Source of the DNA: Candidatus Thalassarchaeum sp.
GTDB lineage: Archaea; Thermoplasmatota; Poseidoniia; Poseidoniales; Thalassarchaeaceae
Assembly: GCA_045559735.1 (NCBI GenBank)
Contig: JBJLJN010000013.1
Span: forward strand, 1,343-65,342
DNA: 64,000 nt
Direction of reading: 5' to 3'
Under the pieces are notes generated by a model. The model searched no databases, was not told the origin of the DNA, and was given only the letters and a program-made list of their open reading frames with translations. Both the position numbers and the translations under genes were made by a program. Shown one piece after another: positions 48,236-56,194 of this stretch (the first letter of the stretch is position 1; the number at the start of each line of letters is the position of its first letter).

Positions 48236-50020
48236 ATGACGGAGCGTCCTTTGGCCCGGGCAGTTACCGCAAGACAACGCCTCGCACGGTTGATGCAATT
48301 AGGTGACAGGACAGAACCCGCAGGCTGGACGCCCGGACTTGTATCATGTCCAGCAGATCCCGAATTAGCCTCTTCCATGGCACCCTTCTCTTCCACGAGA
48401 GACTCCGAAAATCTGCCTGCCTCGATTACCTTGATTTCAAGGGAAAATCTGTGCTTACCGTTTGACTCTAAGGACTCGTGGGTTGCCACAGAAGGCCTGG
48501 TCCTGCCTCCGAGTCTTGCGGAATCGGACTCCGGAGAGTTCAGCACAGGTGATCAACTCATTGCGGTGTCATGGCAGTCTTTGCACCAAGACGAAATGCT
48601 GAACGACCCGCAACTCCAGCCATCTGTGGTTTGTCTCGTAGACTCTATGCAACTCTCTCATAGCCCCGGTTCTCTTGTCAGTGCATTATACAATCTTAGG
48701 ACGCGATTCCCAAACTCCTTGCTATGGACTCCGGGTATCGGAGGCCCGGACAACTGTGCTCTTCTATCGTGGATGGGCGCGGACCTTTTCGACCTAGCGC
48801 GCTCTCGCAGAGCAACTTCTCAAGGAATCATCCTCACCGAGGATGGCCCTAGAGTCCCGGAGGGGACTTTGGGTGAATCATCTGATATGATCACCCAGAT
48901 CGCTGCTTGGGAGCGTGCCATCGCCGCTACTAGGTCTGCAATCCGGGATGGCTCGCTACGAGAGCTCGCTGAGCGTCAGAGTACTTCCAGTCCGCGTTCG
49001 GTAGAGAGACTGCGTCGTCACGATGCGATGATGAGGTCATTCGATGGCGGACTGTCTGGTCTGGAGAGGGTAGTAGGGCATGAGCGAAAATTGAGGTGCC
49101 ACACATATCAGAGCCGGGATGACCCCCTAATCCATGACTGGAGGGACAGAGTAGCCGATTCTCACATGCCTCCTGAGCACCAGAGGGAACTGCTCATACT
49201 TCTACCATGCTCTGCTGTGAAGCCTTACAGGACATCTCAGAGCCATCGCAGATTCATCTTCTCGATTCCTACCAACGCAGCCCACGAAGTAATGGTCACC
49301 GCCCCGCTGGGTCTAGTTCCCAGAGAATTGGAGGAGATCTGGCCTGCTGCTAATTATGATATTCCAGTCACAGGTGATTGGGATGCGGATGAGTTATCTG
49401 TAATCCGAAGTATGCTTGTTAGGCTATGCTCAAGAGTCGGATATAAGAGAATCATCAATCACTCAGGAGTGGATTTCAGTATCGAGGGCACTGAAATTGT
49501 AGACACTAGAGGAGAAGAATCCGCTGGCTCTCAAGAGTCCTTGGATAGGCTACGAGAGGCAGTAGAGCAGGCTGAAGAAGATCTAGGGCTGAGTAGTCTG
49601 AAGAAGTCACAGAACACCTTGTCACAGTTGCGAGCCCTTTCGCGCTTCCAGCACGGAACAGATTCTTGGCTCAAAGGAGCAGTGGTGAAGGGGCGCCCGC
49701 CAATTTTCACTATAATGAATGATAATGAGCAGATAGCTAAGTGGAATCCTCGCTCTGGCCGTTTCGCCTTCTCTAAGGCTTGCTTGCCATTGCTACTGAA
49801 AGCCGACGCCTTACCTAAAGCAGAAATACTCCCCGAACTCGATTGGAAGGGCAATCTCTTCTCCAGCAACGTAATCTCTGCTGATTCCACTATCAGAGTC
49901 GGCGACGAGGTCCTTGTGATGCAGAATGGATTACTCATTGGATCAGCGAGAGCCGAGGCTGCGGGCTGGGAGTGGCCGGATGGGGCCGGGAGACTTGCTA
50001 GGAGCCAACACAGGCTCTGA
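48236..50020 (+). CDS. arcS: Archaeosine synthase (TgtA2/ArcS: TGT-like N-domain + DUF5591 + PUA)
   Basis: PNSLLWTPGIGGPDNCALLSWMGADLFDLARSR (TGT-like). LLILLPCSAVKPYRTSQSHRRF..VMVTAPLGLVPRELEEIWPAANYDIPVTGDW (DUF5591). C-terminal PUA-like IRVGDEVLVMQNGLLIGSARAE. The start is uncertain (ATG 48236, 48293 or 48377). Confidence 0.75.
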   Translation: MTERPLARAVTARQRLARLMQLGDRTEPAGWTPGLVSCPADPELASSMAPFSSTRDSENLPASITLISRENLCLPFDSKDSWVATEGLVLPPSLAESDSGEFSTGDQLIAVSWQSLHQDEMLNDPQLQPSVVCLVDSMQLSHSPGSLVSALYNLRTRFPNSLLWTPGIGGPDNCALLSWMGADLFDLARSRRATSQGIILTEDGPRVPEGTLGESSDMITQIAAWERAIAATRSAIRDGSLRELAERQSTSSPRSVERLRRHDAMMRSFDGGLSGLERVVGHERKLRCHTYQSRDDPLIHDWRDRVADSHMPPEHQRELLILLPCSAVKPYRTSQSHRRFIFSIPTNAAHEVMVTAPLGLVPRELEEIWPAANYDIPVTGDWDADELSVIRSMLVRLCSRVGYKRIINHSGVDFSIEGTEIVDTRGEESAGSQESLDRLREAVEQAEEDLGLSSLKKSQNTLSQLRALSRFQHGTDSWLKGAVVKGRPPIFTIMNDNEQIAKWNPRSGRFAFSKACLPLLLKADALPKAEILPELDWKGNLFSSNVISADSTIRVGDEVLVMQNGLLIGSARAEAAGWEWPDGAGRLARSQHRL

Positions 50021-50089
50021 GCAGTCTACCAGTGCTGCGCAGCGATTAAAGAGGGAGAGCAGGTCGCCCGGTCGCCGAGGTCTATTGAT

Positions 50090-50545
50090 ATGTCGCGCAT
50101 GCATAGTGGAGGTAAGGGCAAGAGCGGTTCAAGTAGGCCGCATAACTCCGAGGCTCCGGCATGGTCAGCCAGCGATATGGCTGAGATCGAGGAGCTGATA
50201 ATCAATCTCGCCAACGAGGGATATTCCACGGCCATGATTGGCACAATACTGCGTGATCGCCACGCGGTCCCGAACGTGCGTCTGGTGACCGGAGAGAGAG
50301 TTTCTGAGACTCTGGCCAGAAATGGTATCTCCGGAAAATATCCTGAGGATCTGATGAATCTAATGAGGAAGGCGCTGAACCTAATCGACCATCTCTCATC
50401 AAATCCAAAGGACCTGCACAACAGCAGGCAACTAGCTCTTTGCGAATCCAAGATTAGGAGATTGTCCAGATACTACATCGGCACCGGACGCCTCGCGCAG
50501 GACTGGGTGTACAAGCAGGATCAGCTCCGCCTGATGGTTGAGTAA
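50090..50545 (+). CDS. rps15: 30S ribosomal protein uS15 (archaeal S15P / eukaryotic S13e type)
   Basis: MSRMHSGGKGKSGSSRPH..APAW N-terminal extension typical of S13e/S15P. C-terminal HLSSNPKDLHNSRQLALCESKIRRLSRYY S15 fold signature. 151 aa. Confidence 0.9.
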   Translation: MSRMHSGGKGKSGSSRPHNSEAPAWSASDMAEIEELIINLANEGYSTAMIGTILRDRHAVPNVRLVTGERVSETLARNGISGKYPEDLMNLMRKALNLIDHLSSNPKDLHNSRQLALCESKIRRLSRYYIGTGRLAQDWVYKQDQLRLMVE

Positions 50546-50586
50546 TTCGGCGCAGAGGATTTGTACTTCCAGTATGTAGCGTAGTC

Positions 50587-51453
50587 ATGCACACGCTTCT
50601 GGGAGCAGAACCGCTATCCGAGGTCGCCGACCTACTATCCACGGCGGCAGATACTATTCGAACCAGCTCAGCCCCTATTCTACTACTGGCTGCGCCCTCT
50701 TTACAAGGGGCACTCGCTATAGCACCTATCGAAGCAGCTCTATTGGACTCCGGATTACCTTACAGGAGGAGATTCAGGCTGGAAACTCCTCCTGAACCCC
50801 CTTGGATTCACATCCTAGGCCCGGGAGATTACAGTGGCCTCAGATTGTCGGATAATCCATTCAGCCTCTCAATCTCTGGATCCGTGGTAGATGGCTTGTC
50901 CGGGCATCAGGGAGATTATCGCAAGGGCCCTCTGACTGCAGTTGCACAAGCCCATGCTCTGGCCGAGGCGATCTCACCGCAGGGACATAGGACCCGGCGC
51001 CTTATGCCGTGGGCGATTTCCGGGAACTGGCTGCATTCAGCTCTAGATACAACCTACGATCCTGTATTTTCAGCTCTAAGAGACACATTAGTCGAATACG
51101 GAGCTATCAGAGTGATCCCACTGCCAGAGGTACCACATCCAAACACTACTCACAATAGTTGGATTGATGCTGAAGCACTGGTCGCAGTTTCCTCCAGATG
51201 GAAAAACCTCGATTTGGAAGGGAGGGCAAGGGCCCTGTCTCACCTGATGCGCCCAGGTTTGTCTCGCAGCACCCCTTCGACTGCTAGGATGGAGGAGATT
51301 GGTTGGCATTGCGTCATGGGCCCGGGGTGGTCGACTGACCTGGCAGGGCAAATAGCGGCGGCGGCGGCGTTCTGGAAGAGCAACGTGGCCGCAGTAGCCG
51401 CTACGAAGGTAACCGACTCGCTACTCAGGGAAGGAGTCATTCCTCTATCCTGA
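50587..51453 (+). CDS. Hypothetical protein; possibly a degenerate (catalytically dead) DHH/RecJ-like domain protein
   Basis: 288-aa ORF immediately downstream of rps15, a position occupied by RecJ/GAN in Thermococcales as I recall. APILLLAAPSLQGALAIAPIEAALLDSGLPYRRRF resembles the first DHH-family beta-alpha unit, but DxD/DHH acidic and His residues are absent. The family call is weak. Confidence 0.3.
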   Translation: MHTLLGAEPLSEVADLLSTAADTIRTSSAPILLLAAPSLQGALAIAPIEAALLDSGLPYRRRFRLETPPEPPWIHILGPGDYSGLRLSDNPFSLSISGSVVDGLSGHQGDYRKGPLTAVAQAHALAEAISPQGHRTRRLMPWAISGNWLHSALDTTYDPVFSALRDTLVEYGAIRVIPLPEVPHPNTTHNSWIDAEALVAVSSRWKNLDLEGRARALSHLMRPGLSRSTPSTARMEEIGWHCVMGPGWSTDLAGQIAAAAAFWKSNVAAVAATKVTDSLLREGVIPLS

Positions 51454-52015
51454 GCATGTTCTCGCAACTCGGACACTCCATCCTCAGGGGCCTCACATCA
51501 GATTCGACTGTCACTTTGTTAGAGCAGACCGGGCACTGTATGCTGGGACCTCTGGCTTGCTTGGTCATCTTCTGAACAGTTTCATCCCTCGGGGACACCA
51601 AGGCAACTGGGAAAACCAGCAACACCGAAGCTAGTGACACTCCAAACACGATTGGCATAGGCATCCCAAGAACGTAAATAACGAGGGCAAGACAGCCGAG
51701 GGTGACTACGGTAACCAGTGCAGGAACACTTGTCCTGCGCTTTGTCAAGGACATCGCGAAGCCGATTCCTACAGATAGGAACAGTACTGACATAGCTGCT
51801 CCAATCAAGACACCATAAAGGATGAAGCCTGATGGTTGATATTCAACCCTGAAGTCCAAGTCGGGGTCGAGATCATCCTCTTCGATTGTGATTACCTCAA
51901 GCACGACCCATCTCCGATGCTTGTACTGTATCTCTTCAGAGGCCACTGCACCGAGGTCATCGAATAGAGTCGACTTCAGCTCGGCAGTCAATCCGATTTT
52001 CAGTCCAGTAGTCAT
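51437..52015 (-). CDS. Membrane protein with C-terminal zinc ribbon, function unknown
   Basis: Three hydrophobic helices (FILYGVLIGAAMSVLFLSVGIGFAM; LVTVVTLGCLALVIYVLG; VFGVSLASVLLVFPVAL) and C-terminal CPVCSNKV..CPSCENML. ATG 52015..52013 overlaps the upstream ORF's TGA as ATGA (alternative start 52033). Confidence 0.6.
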   Translation of the reverse strand: MTTGLKIGLTAELKSTLFDDLGAVASEEIQYKHRRWVVLEVITIEEDDLDPDLDFRVEYQPSGFILYGVLIGAAMSVLFLSVGIGFAMSLTKRRTSVPALVTVVTLGCLALVIYVLGMPMPIVFGVSLASVLLVFPVALVSPRDETVQKMTKQARGPSIQCPVCSNKVTVESDVRPLRMECPSCENMLRIEE

Positions 52016-52329
52016 CTTGCGAGGCCCTGACAAAAGGTCTCTACGAAAAATCTGTCCTCGAACCCTCTGATGAGTCGTAATTGTATGAGGTGTCTATGGT
52101 TATCGTGATTGCATCGGCACTGAAGGCTCCTGGTAGCGCCCATGTCGACTGTAATCTCACTCGGCCCTAGCTCTATCGGATTGACTCCTAGAATGGACTC
52201 GACTTCTATGTATAGGCCATTCGACATGAAACGAGCGCAGGTTGGATTGCAGAAACCTGTCAAGTGGCCTTGCAGGGCCAGTAGCTCGGAATCATCGACT
52301 CTGCCATTGTGCCTATCATCGGAAGGCAA
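52012..52329 (-). CDS. Small hypothetical protein (possibly the 3' part of a frameshifted gene)
   Basis: 105-codon ORF with a TTG start only. Its stop overlaps the ATG of the downstream membrane/Zn-ribbon gene (ATGA at 52012..52015), which suggests co-translation. No recognisable motif. Confidence 0.35.
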   Translation of the reverse strand: MPSDDRHNGRVDDSELLALQGHLTGFCNPTCARFMSNGLYIEVESILGVNPIELGPSEITVDMGATRSLQCRCNHDNHRHLIQLRLIRGFEDRFFVETFCQGLAR

Positions 52330-52348
52330 CCGAGTCCCGAATAGGAGT

Positions 52349-52579
52349 TCAGGTTACGCCACCAAACTGTTTTGAGCCGAGAGTCTGATTCCCGATATTG
52401 TCCAGCCCCCCATCGCATCCACTGGGGACATAGAAACCATCGAATCTGATGATGGCCTCTCTTTGGGACTTCATACCCATCCCCACACCGCGTTGATTTC
52501 GAGATCCAAGGATGAGCCCCCCGGTCCTCAACGGTTCATTGGCAGGATACCATCCGCCAGTTGTCATCATCATCTTCAC
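52349..52579 (-). CDS. Small hypothetical ORF (possibly the 5' part of a frameshifted gene)
   Basis: 76-codon ORF ending 17 nt upstream of ORF 52012..52329, in a different frame. No recognisable motif. Confidence 0.25.
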   Translation of the reverse strand: MKMMMTTGGWYPANEPLRTGGLILGSRNQRGVGMGMKSQREAIIRFDGFYVPSGCDGGLDNIGNQTLGSKQFGGVT

Positions 52580-53640
52580 CGATGACTATCTCATGACTCT
52601 TTGATTTAGAAATCTGCAGTCCGTCCTGCGGACTAAGTTGAAAAATCAACGTTTATCGTTCCTGATTCAAACTCGTCGGGAGCCTCCCAGAAGAAGGTGA
52701 CTTCCACTCCTCCTTCGACCCCCAGTAGCAATCGGCATCTGACTCACCTGAGAGCCTTGTAACCGATATGCCGCCAGTTGATCCAGACCACATCCTATCA
52801 TCAAAGCCCGATTTCAGAAACTATAGGTAGGTATACCAGATTACCCAGTACGCTAGCATCCTTCATCTCGATGTCAAACCAGGGGGAAAACGCAGTGAGA
52901 TATGCGCATCATGCGCCTCAGATCCCCATAGGAAACCGGACTCCCGCAATCGTCCCCCGGTTTGCGAGAAACATCAGGTTTTCTGGACGGTCAGAGAGAT
53001 CTGCACTCTGTCCCCCGTCATTGACCTCTCCGGAACCTACATCGACACTGGACCTGGAGCAAATCCAGAAACCTGATAGAAAAGGATTTCAGCCCTCCAT
53101 CTCCATCGTAGAAACGAACCACCTATCCTAACTTCGAGAGTTGAGTTTAATGGTGGACTCCAGCGGCGCCCCTCGACCTCGTAGGGGATAGTGAAAATCC
53201 CAGGTGGAGTTTCTCATAGTTTCCCCCCTGTCCCCCCATGTGACCTCCCATGTACCGATTTTAAATCTCACTGAGAATCGAGGGAGTGACCAAAGGTAGA
53301 TTTTCGAATCAGAGGAAATCGCTCTCTAAAATCCTCCTGAAAAAGGAGTAAGGGGTCCCCGTCCATCGGCTCTCCCATCAAGTAAAGCCGGAAGTCTGTT
53401 GAATTTACAGCAAGTAAACTTCACCCTGAGCGGAGGCTACTAGCGGAGCCGCACTCATCATCAGCAGTAACGGAAAACAAGGGTCAGTGCACGTAAACGG
53501 CGCTGCATCCATCAGGCCGTGTGGCCAGCCTGCAATCCCTTCAATGCGACGCCCTAAACTGGAGTGGCCACCAATAGTATTCGCATAACTACTGGAATCC
53601 GCTAGGCATGCAAACCATACGAGTGATGCAGAAACCGTCC

Positions 53641-55400
53641 TCATACAAGCCCCCTCCAGTCTTGCGAAACCCCACTCTTTTCAAGTTGGTACACCTTTTC
53701 CAACTCTCAATTCGAAATCCTCAATCAGCCCCCCTCACAGTCACAATATCCTCTCCTTGAGGGACGTACAGAACAGCCTCACGAGTCCATGCCCCTCGGG
53801 CAGCCACTGGGACTATGGGCCGATCATCCGTTCTTTCAAAGGACTCGACTCTCGCCTGCTCTCCAGAGATGCTGATGTCCGGCGAAATTCCTTCAATCGC
53901 AGGTTGCTAATCCCCGAATCCGAATCCTGAATGTAGAACCACATCCCCCCATGTTTCCAACTCCGGGGAATCCGGGAATCTTCCCATCAGGATGTCCTAG
54001 GTGACTTGGACAAGTCCCGCCCCCCTTCTCCCGATAGATTGCAATCTCACCGGTGATGCAAACGAAGCTGCGACGCCTCTGTCATCGCATCTATCGCACT
54101 CGAATTCAATGACTCAAATTGTCTGCATAGGACACCGAGATATCCTTCTGTGTGACCCCCCAGTTTCCACCCAGAAGTTTTCGCAGAGCCTGAGCATCGA
54201 AAACCCCTGCGTCCTGAGTGATTGTATAGTGGGGCATTCGTAAAATCTTCCCATCCTTCCCGAACTCCGTCTTCAATTGAAGCTCTCATAGAGGATGTGG
54301 AGAAGCCTCCGAAAACTCGTGGACCTTCACTCTGCCCCAATACAGAGTCTCAGGATAATCCCACCCTAGTTTTCTCATACAGCAGGCTCTGCTTCCTAGT
54401 ACTATCCATCAGATCCTTACCTCGAACGATATGTGTGGACTCCTTGTTTTGTGGTCCCTCTATGGCGCTCTGGAAATCCAGAAGAGGCCAAAACTCGATA
54501 AACGTTTCTCCAACCATAGGATGAGGTGTATGCTGTATCCTCAGAGCAGGCCAATCTCTCAGGGCCGGGTTTCGGAAGATCCATGTCCAGTCATCACTCT
54601 GACGACCGCAATCGCCCTCGCCCGAAACTCCCCAATCGTTCATCGATTTCCCCAATCCGAAAAGATTGGCAGATACGCCCTTAGAGCGACAAGGGCAATC
54701 CTCCTTTGCCTCCCTGTAAGCCTCTGAACTCATCTGCAGGGCATCTGCAAACATAGCAAATGCCCGTCTGATAAACATGCTACGTGGCATAGTCAAGGTA
54801 GACCGGCATCCTGTCCGCTTGCCCTTAGTATAAATGTCAGCCGGCCCTGCCAGCAAGCCATTCGTACTCCTCCTCGATCCATTGATACGCATTGGGACAA
54901 AAGGGGGCTTAACCCCTGGTGGTCGGTATCATCGAAGCGTAAATACTACCTTCCCATCATGCATTTTTTGCATACTCGGAGTTTGATTGACAAACCCCTC
55001 TTGAATGGCCCAAAGTTGAGTGGGGCCGTTTCGGGTTGGGGGCGAACCTCAGCACTACAGATGAAGTAATCACCTGGCAATGCCTTCAATCCCTCGACCT
55101 TGCGATGCTTCTCTCTTTCCAATGCTTCCGGGGCAGATCTTTCGAGCTCCGCCCTAACGGCATCAACCCCCCTCTCTCAAAAGCCAGCCGCGTTTCGCGG
55201 CCCCCGACCCTCCTCGGCCACAAATCCCCATTAATCGCTTAGCCCTCTGGTCTGAGGTCCGGTTTTTTTTCTGACAACAGCCTGCCTAATTACGCTCCCT
55301 GCCTGTCCCCGCCCCCATCGTATTCCAACGCGTTCTGCAGAGCGAAACTTTCCGCACTGCAGCGACCACCTCGGCACTCCAGCCCATCACTTCCGGCCAT
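53641..55400 (-). pseudogene. gltX: Decayed archaeal/eukaryal-type glutamyl-tRNA synthetase gene
   Basis: The minus-strand translation across three frames is collinear with class I GluRS. N-terminal SFALQNALEYDGGGDRQGA*LGRLLSEKKPDLR. HIGH region VVLRFAPNPKRPHSTLGHSR (RFAPNP at 55032..55049). YAKNA*WEGSIYASMIPTTRG*APF with in-frame TGA (54957..54959) and TAA (54909..54911). WIEEEYEWL. RNPALRDWPALRI..HPMVG. THIVRGKDL (54410..54436). STSSMRASIEDGVREGWEDF..SGRRGF. LNSSAIDA. C-terminal YQLEKSGVSQDW (cf. QFERFGF.R.D). At least eight frameshifts or stops. Confidence 0.8.
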
Positions 55401-55531
55401 GATAAACGTGACCGACCGCGTAAGTGCAAGCATTTTCACGCTTCGCTCGCTCACCACTCTTCAAGGCATCGTTTTTGTCGAATGGCTATATCATCTTCGG
55501 ACCTTGTAGGGGACTGGAGTGCTGTGAGCCC

Positions 55532-56194
55532 TCAGTCCCAGAGGTCCTGAAAACCGTTGACCCAGCTCCATCTCAGATCGGTGTGAGGTAGATCTCCGGA
55601 GACGAGTACTCTCACCGCATTTCTTGTGATGGTATCAGAGGGGTACCCCGAACCGACCGAGAATCCCACATCTTCCGCGATTCGGGATATCTCCGCATCT
55701 CTCTTGACCTTGGCCAGAATGCTCGCAGCCCCTGCCACCGGGTCTATGGAGTCCATAGCGTGTCTGGAATCGATCTCCCAGTTCGACCACTCCCCTCCCA
55801 GTCTCGATGAAATCCTTCTTGAGAATCTCAACTCATTCACATCGCATGAGTCTGCCATGACGATGCCGCTAGGGAGACTCTTAGACGAGGCCTCGATGGC
55901 CTCGGAGAAGAGATCGACCTCAAGTCTGTTCAAATCTGAGTGCAGGCTGTTGGAGTCAATTCTCAAAGGCTCGCAGACTACAATTCCAATCCCCCAGCCC
56001 CTAGATTCAGCCTCATCGCGAATGATAGCAGCCACCTGCTCCCTATCTTTCGGTGACAACTGCTTTGAGTCCTTGGCCCCAATTTCGCGCAATGTGTCGA
56101 GTTCGGATTCGTACACACGCAGCGCGCAGACTACTAACGGTCCAATCACAGGCCCCCTGCCCGCCTCGTCTACACCAATCACTGGACGACTCAT
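55532..56194 (-). CDS. rnhB: Ribonuclease HII
   Basis: MSRPVIGVDEAGRGPVIGPLVVCAL (DEAGRG motif), DSKQLSPKDRE, ADSCD and GSGYPSD motifs. 220 aa. Confidence 0.95.
   Translation of the reverse strand: MSRPVIGVDEAGRGPVIGPLVVCALRVYESELDTLREIGAKDSKQLSPKDREQVAAIIRDEAESRGWGIGIVVCEPLRIDSNSLHSDLNRLEVDLFSEAIEASSKSLPSGIVMADSCDVNELRFSRRISSRLGGEWSNWEIDSRHAMDSIDPVAGAASILAKVKRDAEISRIAEDVGFSVGSGYPSDTITRNAVRVLVSGDLPHTDLRWSWVNGFQDLWD

Noticed and set aside
48208-48546. 112-aa minus-strand ORF overlapping the start of arcS, and the N-terminal extension of ORF 46025..48298.
   Set aside because: The upstream exoprotein has a convincing signal peptide starting at Met 48175. The extension and the 112-aa ORF are Arg/Ser-rich and overlap arcS.
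53326-53644. ORF 53405..53644 (79 aa), and a downstream frame reading KFNRLPALLDG, first taken as the GluRS C-terminal QFERFGF.R.D motif.
   Set aside because: A better-placed C-terminal match (YQLEKSGVSQDW, ending at the TGA at 53641..53643) gives the expected ~586-codon GluRS length. The 79-aa ORF has no motifs and lies beyond the pseudogene end, so it is treated as part of the unexplained ORF-poor interval.
54909-54959. In-frame TGA and TAA codons inside the gltX-like reading frame, considered as possible stop-codon recoding (Sec/Pyl or reassignment).
   Set aside because: Two different stop codons occur alongside multiple frameshifts and substituted catalytic residues. All other genes in the window terminate normally at TGA, TAA or TAG. 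Pseudogenisation explains everything.
55263-55270. T8 run on the plus strand that looks like an archaeal oligo-T terminator.
   Set aside because: No plus-strand gene ends upstream of it. On the minus strand it is the AAAAAAAA within the decayed gltX N-terminal region (..LLSEKKPDL..), so it is most simply a coding remnant.
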